Below, in pieces: positions 25,345 to 32,000 of a stretch of DNA of 32,000 nt. A model generated the notes under the pieces. That model searched no databases and was not told where the DNA came from. It worked only from the letters and a program-made list of their open reading frames with translations. The number at the start of each line of letters is the position of its first letter. Position 1 is the stretch's first letter. The stretch is from an uncultured Chloroflexia bacterium (GTDB taxonomy: Bacteria > Chloroflexota > Anaerolineae > Anaerolineales > Anaerolineaceae): the NCBI GenBank assembly GCA_963704755.1, contig OY969938.1:3960001-3992000 (forward strand), written 5' to 3'. A program made the translations under genes and the position numbers.

Positions 25345-26237
25345 AAGAGCAGATTTCCAATCAAGAATGGATCTTGCTCTCCTCATACCTGGATGGAGAG
25401 CTCGCCCCGCGCCAAAAAGCCCGGGTAGAGAGACTACTCCAGACAAAACCGGAACTTGCCCGAGCATATAAAAACCTGGCCGATACCAGGGCAGTGCTAC
25501 GCAGTACACCCCACCGAAAAGCGCCGCGTAACTTTACGTTGACGCAGGCCATGCTGCCCCAACCGATCAAGATTCCCCGTATTGTGCCTGTTTTACGACT
25601 TTCTTCAGCAGTCGCTGCTATTTTAGCCGTAGTCTTGTTCGGTTACCAGTTGCTTCCCGGTTTGAGTGGTGCAATGGTTCCCCTGTCCGCGGCCAAGTCC
25701 GCGGGCGAGGCGCCACAGGAGATGTTAAACAGTCCCATGGCGGCGATACCGGCCGCGACCGCTCCTGCGGCTGGCGGGGAAGCCCCGATCATCACCTGGG
25801 GCGAAGGATCCGCGCCACCGGTGGCCGGGCTGAGCGCAAATTCAGCCGAGAGCAGCGCGAATTGTCTATCCGGCTGCGGCGGTGGCGGGGTGGAGCCTCC
25901 TCCCGAAGCGCGTTCCTTCAGCCAGCAGGTGCCCGGCGAAACGCCTACCCCGGAGACTACCCCCGAAGCCGGTATCCTTTCGGTTGCCCCGGATGAACCT
26001 GCGGCGAAAAATAATGGTATGATCCTGGGTGTCCGTCCCACGGAAGACCAGGGAAAAGAGCTGGACCAGTCTTACACGAGTGTTTTACCGCAAGTCTCTG
26101 CGGATCAGCCTGCGAGCGTGCCTGAAAGTCAACCGGCCTGGCCGGGAGTGGCATTGTTCATTGCCGGAGCCCTGGCAGTGCTGGCCATTGGACTGTTGGC
26201 CGCGGCGATCTTAATTTACCGGAACGTTACCCATTGA
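25341..26237 (+). CDS. Anti-sigma factor-like membrane protein
   Basis: 298 aa. The GTG overlaps the sigma stop (GTGA). N-terminal LSSYLDGELAPRQKARVERLL, a TM helix near residue 90, a Pro/Ala/Gly-rich region and a second C-terminal TM helix. Confidence 0.7.
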   Translation: MKEQISNQEWILLSSYLDGELAPRQKARVERLLQTKPELARAYKNLADTRAVLRSTPHRKAPRNFTLTQAMLPQPIKIPRIVPVLRLSSAVAAILAVVLFGYQLLPGLSGAMVPLSAAKSAGEAPQEMLNSPMAAIPAATAPAAGGEAPIITWGEGSAPPVAGLSANSAESSANCLSGCGGGGVEPPPEARSFSQQVPGETPTPETTPEAGILSVAPDEPAAKNNGMILGVRPTEDQGKELDQSYTSVLPQVSADQPASVPESQPAWPGVALFIAGALAVLAIGLLAAAILIYRNVTH

Positions 26238-26737
26238 AAGATAAGCCCTACAAATTTTGTCCGATGTGCGGCAGCCGGCTGGAAAGCCGGCTGCAGTATG
26301 GTAAACAGCGGGATACCTGCCCGGCCTGTGGCTATATTCATTTTGTCGATCCCAAAGTGGCTGCCGGGGTTTTGGTGGAAAAGGACGGCCAGGTGCTGCT
26401 GGTCCGCCGGGTGATGAAACCGCACCAGGGCGAGTGGACCTTCCCGGCCGGTTTCGTGGACGCCTATGAGACGCCGGAAGCCGCCGCGGCCCGCGAGTGC
26501 CTGGAAGAGACCGGGCTGGAGATTCAAATTACCGGCCTGGTGACGGTTGTGGGCGGGCGTGAGCATCCCAGCGGGGCGGATATGGTGATCATCTACAGGG
26601 GTAAAATTGCCGGCGGGCAGCTCCAGGCCGGCGACGATGCCGACCGGGCCAGTTTTTTCGCCTACGACCAACTGCCGCCGCTGGCTTTCCGCGCCACGCG
26701 GGTGGTTCTGGGGGTTGAGGCTCCGGAGCGGCGCTAG
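26234..26737 (+). CDS. NUDIX hydrolase with N-terminal zinc ribbon
   Basis: 167 aa. The TTG overlaps the anti-sigma stop (TTGA). CPMCG..CPACG zinc ribbon. Nudix box GFVDAYETPEAAAARECLEETGL. Confidence 0.85.
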   Translation: MKDKPYKFCPMCGSRLESRLQYGKQRDTCPACGYIHFVDPKVAAGVLVEKDGQVLLVRRVMKPHQGEWTFPAGFVDAYETPEAAAARECLEETGLEIQITGLVTVVGGREHPSGADMVIIYRGKIAGGQLQAGDDADRASFFAYDQLPPLAFRATRVVLGVEAPERR

Positions 26738-26820
26738 ATAGGTCTCATAAAAAGAGTGGGGAAATGTTACACCGCAGAGACGCGGAGGGCGCTGAGAAGA
26801 AATTTATGGGGAGGAATTGG

Positions 26821-26859
26821 CTCTTCCCTCCAAATCGGTTTTTGATTTGGAGGGAAGAG
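26821..26859. repeat. 16 bp-stem hairpin
   Basis: CTCTTCCCTCCAAATC, loop GGTTTTT, then GATTTGGAGGGAAGAG. Confidence 0.7.
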
Positions 26860-27036
26860 GCGAAGGGGAAAAACGCAGTTTTGGACCGACCCTTGGTTTC
26901 GGATTAAACCAGGGCTGAGATTGCCCACCTGCCCACGCAGTCCTGGCGGCCTGTGCCAGGGGGACCGTAGGTGCTGGGTCGCAAAAACCGCTCCAACGAC
27001 ATTACGGCGGTAGTTATGCTACCGCCATGCATGAAA

Positions 27037-27118
27037 CGATGGAAGTTTTCCCGGCTTTGAAAGCCGGGCTACTTGGGCGATGGAAGTTTTCCCGGCTTCG
27101 AAAGCCGGGCTACGGGGA
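27037..27118. repeat. 41 bp tandem duplication, each unit carrying the CCCGGCTT(T/C)GAAAGCCGGGCTAC hairpin
   Basis: CGATGGAAGTTTTCCCGGCTTTGAAAGCCGGGCTACTTGGG followed by CGATGGAAGTTTTCCCGGCTTCGAAAGCCGGGCTACGGGGA. The same hairpin module occurs at 1453-1477. Confidence 0.9.
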
Positions 27119-27259
27119 TGAGGGCTTGGGGTTCCAGGTGTGGGGTGTTAACGCGGGGCGGTTAATGAAGAAGAAGATTACCAGGGCAATGCTTTGCGCC
27201 GGGCGGGCCATTTCCACGTGCTATAATTAGAACAACTATTCCGATTTGGGAGATGCCTG

Positions 27260-29716
27260 GTGCCAAAAACCAGCTCACGGAGTACAAAATCCACTACATC
27301 GCGTTCATCCCGTGCCAAACCGGCCAGTAGCCGGGCAAGCTCGACACGCAAACCTAAAACGAGTTCTCGTTCCAAGACCACCCGGCGCAACGCTGCGCCG
27401 CCACGTTCGGCCTGGGATAGCATTTCGCTGGATCGCAAGCTGGACATCCTGGGAATTTTCCTGGTGCTGTTCGGCTTCCTGATCATGTTGAGTTATTTGT
27501 CCAGCCAACAGGGGTCCGTTTTTAAGTTCATTTTGAACGCGTTGCGCCTGACGGCCGGTTGGGGTGCTTTTTTGATCCCGCTTGGCCTGGTGGTGATTGG
27601 TCTGTGGCTGATTTTCCGCAAGATCGATAGCCTGCCGGTGCTCTCCACCGAGCGAGCTTTTGGAATCGTGCTGCTGTACCTCAATATCCTGGCCTGGCTG
27701 CATTGGATCGCCGGCGCCAGTCTGGAGGCGGCTCAGGCCGGCATCGGGGGCGGGTATGTGGGGGCGTTTTTTATTCGCACCATCATCAACACCCTGGGAA
27801 AACCGGGCGGATCGGTGGTGATGATCGCCTGGCTGGTGATCGCGATTGTATTTACCTTCGACCTTTCGATCCCTGAGATTTACGCGCGCCTCAAACTGGC
27901 GGTGACCCGAATAGCGGAGAATTCCCGCCAGCCGGCCGGCCCGGTAGGCGCAGCTAATGAAAGCCAAGAAACCCACTCGATTCGGGCCAATGCAGGCGGG
28001 CGCACACAGTCCGCATCACAGCTTGCGCCGGGTGAAATTCCCAGCGATTTTCGCCCGCTGCCGAACCTGGGGGAGAAAGAACCGGCCCGACCTGTGCGCT
28101 CAAATGGATCGGCTGCCGGGACGGCTAGCCGGGAATCTAAACCGGCACCGGCCGCAGGTGCCGACCTGGTGCCCATGACAGCCACATCCGCCGACCAGCC
28201 TGAGGCCGCCCACACTACTGCACCGGCCGTCCCCTGGGCGTTGCCGGTTGTGGACCAGGTGCTCGACCCGCCTACGCCGGGTGCGCAACTCTCCAACCTG
28301 GACCAGGACCGCGGGCACTTGATCGAAGAAACCCTGGCCTCTTTTGGCGCACCGGCTCACGTGGTTGATATTTCGCGCGGGCCAACCGTGACCCGTTTCG
28401 GTGTCGAGCCTGATTTCGTCGAATCCCGTTCGGGCCGCACCCGCGTACGCGTTTCAAAAATCACCGGTCTGGCCGATGACCTGGCCCTGGCCCTGGCCGC
28501 ACCGCGCATCCGCATCCAGGCCCCGGTGCCGGGACGCGCCTACGTGGGCATCGAAGTGCCCAACCTGGAAGTCAGCCGGGTGGCCATGCGCGAAGTGTTG
28601 GAGACGGATGTCTTCAAGAAGGTGCGTTCTCCCTTGCGGTTCACCCTGGGGAAGGACGTGGCCGGCAAGCCGATCGTAACCGACCTGGCCAGCATGCCCC
28701 ACCTGCTGATCGCCGGGACGACCGGTTCCGGTAAATCGGTGTGCGTCAACTCGATCCTGACCTGCCTGCTGCTCAACAATACCCCGGCCGACCTGCGCCT
28801 GATCCTGGTGGATCCCAAGCGGGTGGAATTGACCGGCTACAACGGCGTTCCTCACCTGTTAGCGCCGGTGGTGGTCGAATTGGAACGGGTTATCGGGGCG
28901 CTGCAGTGGATGCAGCGTGAAATGGACGCGCGCTATCACAAGTTCTCCCAAGAGGGCGTGCGCAACATTCAGGAGTTCAACAAACGCCACCTCGACCGGC
29001 TGCCCTATTTGGTGGCGGTGATCGACGAATTGGCCGATTTGATGATGGTTTCGCCAGACGAGACCGAGCGGGCCATCACCCGCCTGGCCCAGTTGGCCCG
29101 CGCGACCGGCATTCACCTGATCCTGGCTACCCAGCGGCCGTCGGTGGACGTGGTCACCGGCTTAATCAAGGCCAATTTTCCCGCCCGGGTGGCTTTTGCC
29201 GTGGCTTCGTCGGTTGATTCGCGCGTGATCCTGGATCAGCCCGGGGCGGAGCGCCTGTTGGGCCGTGGTGACATGCTCTTCCAGGCCCCGGATGCGCCCG
29301 CGCCGGTGCGCTTGCAGGGTGTATTCGTCTCGGATACCGAAATCCAGCGCCTGGTGGATTTTTGGCGGACACAAGCGGCCGAGGTCCGCAGCCAGATGCC
29401 GGCATCCACAGAAAGCAGCAGCCTGCCCGCCCCGGATAGCCTGCCAAGTACCATTCCACTAAAGCAAGGCGCGTTTTGGGAAAACGAGGAAGAGGGTGAC
29501 TCGATGTTATCGGAGGCGATCGACCTGGTCCGTAAGGAAGGACGCGCCTCGATTACCATGCTCCAGCGCCGGCTGCGCATCGGCTACACCCGCGCCGCTC
29601 GCATGGTGGATGCCATGGAGGAGAAAGGCATTATTTCACCCGCGCTGCCCAACTCTCAGGTGCGCGAGGTGCTCGATTACGGTCCCAGTGCCCCGCCCGA
29701 GGATAGCGGATATTGA
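27260..29716 (+). CDS. ftsK: DNA translocase FtsK
   Basis: 818 aa, GTG start with GGGAGA upstream. Basic Ser/Thr/Arg-rich N-tail, 4-5 TM helices, Walker A GTTGSGKS, DELADLMM, and gamma domain MLQRRLRIGYTRAARMVDAMEEKGII. Confidence 0.95.
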   Translation: MPKTSSRSTKSTTSRSSRAKPASSRASSTRKPKTSSRSKTTRRNAAPPRSAWDSISLDRKLDILGIFLVLFGFLIMLSYLSSQQGSVFKFILNALRLTAGWGAFLIPLGLVVIGLWLIFRKIDSLPVLSTERAFGIVLLYLNILAWLHWIAGASLEAAQAGIGGGYVGAFFIRTIINTLGKPGGSVVMIAWLVIAIVFTFDLSIPEIYARLKLAVTRIAENSRQPAGPVGAANESQETHSIRANAGGRTQSASQLAPGEIPSDFRPLPNLGEKEPARPVRSNGSAAGTASRESKPAPAAGADLVPMTATSADQPEAAHTTAPAVPWALPVVDQVLDPPTPGAQLSNLDQDRGHLIEETLASFGAPAHVVDISRGPTVTRFGVEPDFVESRSGRTRVRVSKITGLADDLALALAAPRIRIQAPVPGRAYVGIEVPNLEVSRVAMREVLETDVFKKVRSPLRFTLGKDVAGKPIVTDLASMPHLLIAGTTGSGKSVCVNSILTCLLLNNTPADLRLILVDPKRVELTGYNGVPHLLAPVVVELERVIGALQWMQREMDARYHKFSQEGVRNIQEFNKRHLDRLPYLVAVIDELADLMMVSPDETERAITRLAQLARATGIHLILATQRPSVDVVTGLIKANFPARVAFAVASSVDSRVILDQPGAERLLGRGDMLFQAPDAPAPVRLQGVFVSDTEIQRLVDFWRTQAAEVRSQMPASTESSSLPAPDSLPSTIPLKQGAFWENEEEGDSMLSEAIDLVRKEGRASITMLQRRLRIGYTRAARMVDAMEEKGIISPALPNSQVREVLDYGPSAPPEDSGY

Positions 29717-29719
29717 GGG

Positions 29720-29796
29720 AGCTATTAGCTGTTAGCGGTTAGCTATTAGCGTTTAGCGGTTAGCGATTAGCTGTTTGCTGATGGCGATTAGCTGGC
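29720..29796. repeat. Heptanucleotide array, about 11 units (AGCNNTT), starting 4 nt after the ftsK stop
   Basis: AGCTATT AGCTGTT AGCGGTT AGCTATT AGCGTTT AGCGGTT AGCGATT AGCTGTT ... Confidence 0.9.
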
Positions 29797-29871
29797 GGCT
29801 TACCGGATGATTTGTAGGGGATGATAAATGAAGAATCAAAAAGCGGTTAGCAATAGGCTTTTTAAGCCCGT

Positions 29872-29927
29872 GCTAACCGCTAATTGCTAAAAGCTAATGG
29901 CTAACAGCTAACGGCTAATCGCTCACC
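29872..29927. repeat. Heptanucleotide array in the opposite orientation, about 8 units (GCTAANN), overlapping the metK 3' end
   Basis: GCTAACC GCTAATT GCTAAAA GCTAATG GCTAACA GCTAACG GCTAATC GCTCACC. The metK stop (29915-29917) lies inside the array. Confidence 0.9.
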
Positions 29928-31168
29928 GCCAGGCGCTGATCGCCATGGGCAGCGACGTAGTCGGCTGCGGCAGCTTTCAGTTCGTTGACTTTATCGGTGC
30001 GCTCCCAGGTCAGGTCCAGGTCATCGCGGCCGAAGTGGCCGTAATTGCAGACCTTCTGGTAGATCGGTTTGCGCAGGTCCAGGTCGCGGATGATGGCGCC
30101 TGGGCGCAGGTCGAAGCAGCGGGTGATTAGATCGGCGATCTCTTCGTCGGGGATGACGCCTGTGCCGAAGGTCTCGACGTTGACGCTCAACGGGTGAGAT
30201 ACACCGATAGCGTAGGCCACCTGGATCTCGATCCGTTCTGCCAGGCCGGCAGCCACGATATTCTTGGCCACCCAGCGGGCAGCGTAAGCAGCCGAGCGGT
30301 CCACCTTTGTGGGATCTTTGCCGGAGAATGCGCCGCCGCCATGACGACCCATCCCGCCGTAGGTATCCACGATGATCTTGCGCCCGGTTACACCGGAGTC
30401 GCCCATTGGGCCACCAATAACAAAGCGGCCGGTCGGGTTGACGAAGATCTTCAGGTTCTCGTCCACCATTTCGGGAGGCAGGACCGGCATGATGACCTGC
30501 TCGATGACACCCTTGCGAATGTCTTCCTGAGATACGTCTGGGGAATGCTGGGTGCTGATCAGTACGGTATCGACGCGGTAGGGTTTGCCGTAGCGATATT
30601 CGATGGTCACCTGCGATTTGCCATCCGGGCGCAGCCAGGGCAGCGTGCCGGCTTTGCGCACCTCGGCCAGCTTGCGGGTGAGCTTGTGGGCCAGGTAGAT
30701 GGGCATAGGCATCAGTGTGGGGGTTTCATTGCAGGCAAAGCCGAACATCATTCCCTGGTCACCGGCGCCGACAGATTCGATCTCTTGCTCGGTCATCTCG
30801 CCGAATTTGGCTTCCAGAGCTTTATCGACGCCCATGGCGATATCGCCGGACTGTTTGCAAATGGCCACCTGCACGGCGCAGGTCGTGCCATCGAAACCTT
30901 TGTCACTGCTGTCGTAGCCAATCCCATTGACCACCTTGCGCACCAGTTCGTCGAAATTGATCTGGGCACGGGTGGTGATTTCGCCCAATACCATTACAAA
31001 ACCGGTTTTGGTTGCAGTCTCGCAAGCTACCCGCGAATACGGGTCTTGTGCAAGGCAGGCATCCAGTACCGCATCGCTAACCTGATCGCACAACTTGTCG
31101 GGGTGGCCCTCGGTTACCGATTCGGAAGTGAACAGGTAACGGGCCGAGTTCATGAAGGAATTAGTCAT
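29915..31168 (-). CDS. metK: S-adenosylmethionine synthetase
   Basis: 417 aa from the ATG at 31168 (the ATG at 31153 is also possible). [41 protein letters not shown]. Confidence 0.95.
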   Translation of the reverse strand: MTNSFMNSARYLFTSESVTEGHPDKLCDQVSDAVLDACLAQDPYSRVACETATKTGFVMVLGEITTRAQINFDELVRKVVNGIGYDSSDKGFDGTTCAVQVAICKQSGDIAMGVDKALEAKFGEMTEQEIESVGAGDQGMMFGFACNETPTLMPMPIYLAHKLTRKLAEVRKAGTLPWLRPDGKSQVTIEYRYGKPYRVDTVLISTQHSPDVSQEDIRKGVIEQVIMPVLPPEMVDENLKIFVNPTGRFVIGGPMGDSGVTGRKIIVDTYGGMGRHGGGAFSGKDPTKVDRSAAYAARWVAKNIVAAGLAERIEIQVAYAIGVSHPLSVNVETFGTGVIPDEEIADLITRCFDLRPGAIIRDLDLRKPIYQKVCNYGHFGRDDLDLTWERTDKVNELKAAAADYVAAHGDQRLAVSD

Positions 31169-31191
31169 TGTAGTATTGACCTCCTGTGGAA

Positions 31192-31369
<178 letters not shown>

Positions 31370-31404
31370 CGCCTTTCGGGGCTGCTATTGAATTGTCGTT
31401 TCGT

Positions 31405-31433
31405 ATGGTATCACAGGAAAAGGCGGATGTCAA
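31405..31433 (-). promoter_or_regulatory. Candidate metK promoter (TTGACA-17-TACCAT)
   Basis: Minus strand reads TTGACAtccgccttttcctgtgaTACCAT, about 35 nt upstream of the riboswitch. Confidence 0.55.
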
Positions 31434-31484
31434 ATAAGAAATAAATGAGGGTGTTGAAAATGTCACTTTTCATCTTCCAGATTT

Positions 31485-31529
31485 GGATATATGTGGCGGG
31501 GCGGCGAAGCCGCCCCGCCACATATATCC
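31485..31529. repeat. Perfect 21 bp-stem palindrome with GAA loop
   Basis: GGATATATGTGGCGGGGCGGC, loop GAA, then GCCGCCCCGCCACATATATCC. Confidence 0.85.
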
Positions 31530-31692
31530 TAAAAATTTTTATATGAGGGCGTTTTTCAACACTCTCAAAAAATTGAGGTGGTTGAAAAGCTCACTTGTTG
31601 ACAAAAGGTTAGAAGATATGGGGTGGCTCGAACCTCCGAACCTTCATGACCCCCTCAATGGGGGCTCGGATGTGACTTCTTGCCTTACTTTG

Positions 31693-31730
31693 TGGGCGCG
31701 AGAGGGCTCGAACCTCCGAACCTCACGGCC
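31693..31730 (-). pseudogene. tRNA 3'-half fragment (T-arm plus acceptor 3' strand); no matching 5' half
   Basis: Minus strand reads GGCCGTGAGGTTC GGAGG TTCGAGC CCTCT CGCGCCC A. The required GGGCGCG 5' strand is not upstream. A degenerate second copy sits at 31619-31650. Confidence 0.55.
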
Positions 31731-31899
31731 ATAAGGAAAGAGCCGGATTTTGCCACAGTTTTTATTACATTTTTGTTCTATCGTGATAGAATAGCGGTAC
31801 GGTTGCCAGGCCGTAATTGATGAACCGAATCACACGCATGATCGGTGCTTTTTATTTAATTTGCGGCCGGCAGTCGAATCTTTTTTTAGGAGGTGCGGC

Positions 31900-32000
31900 G
31901 TGCCAGCGCCACGACTTTCACGCGGAAAGGTCATCAAACTTGATCGTCTATTGAATATGCTTTACAAACCGGGGGAAATCGCGGAAGAATTAGGCGTTTC
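31900..32000 (+). CDS. Partial CDS (N-terminus only), probable HTH DNA-binding protein
   Basis: AGGAGG lies 6 nt upstream of the GTG. Translation is VPAPRLSRGKVIKLDRLLNMLYKPGEIAEELGV.., and the ORF runs off the window. Confidence 0.45.
   Translation, partial: MPAPRLSRGKVIKLDRLLNMLYKPGEIAEELGV

Noticed and set aside
26860-27030. A possible structured housekeeping RNA (SRP RNA, 6S, RNase P or tmRNA) in the long ftsK upstream spacer.
   Set aside because: Several small stems are present, but I could not find any of the conserved motifs of these RNAs. The region is more likely repeat or hairpin filler.
31619-31735. One or two intact tRNA genes on the minus strand.
   Set aside because: Only T-arm/acceptor 3' segments are present. 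There is no complementary 5' acceptor strand or D-arm. The CCCC-CATTGAG-GGGG stem-loop between them has A instead of the invariant U33.

Overview
A 32 kb bacterial chromosomal window of moderately high GC. T-box and SAM-I leaders plus the gene content suggest a Terrabacteria genome, possibly Chloroflexota/Anaerolineae-like; this is a low-confidence inference. Housekeeping genes frame the window: a serA-like dehydrogenase, gyrA, birA, an Hsp20 gene, serS with a T-box leader, ftsK, and metK with a SAM-I riboswitch. The middle (about 8.8-24 kb) is more accessory. It holds a HemN-like radical SAM gene, a minus-strand operon of two FAD oxidases plus a PAP2-like membrane protein, and DUF998-like and jelly-roll-like proteins. 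It also holds a UbiA/MenA-type prenyltransferase, a DUF429-like protein, a lipoprotein alpha/beta hydrolase and three SDR genes around a TetR gene. A tightly overlapped module follows: DUF3054, ECF sigma, anti-sigma and a Zn-ribbon Nudix. I found no rRNA, intact tRNA, CRISPR array, transposase, or recognisable defence or secretion system. The most unusual signal is noncoding. Almost every intergenic gap is packed with a small vocabulary of repeat modules: heptamer TTAGCNG arrays that give stops in all six frames, CACGGAG triplet modules, MITE-like elements with CTGTAGGGTGGGT-type ends, AGAGAATAG modules, and many 45-60 bp near-perfect palindromes with 3-nt loops, some paralogous with compensatory arm changes. 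The right edge (tRNA 3'-end fragments followed by an HTH gene) may enter an integrated element. All calls come from reading the sequence and from motif memory; no searches were run.
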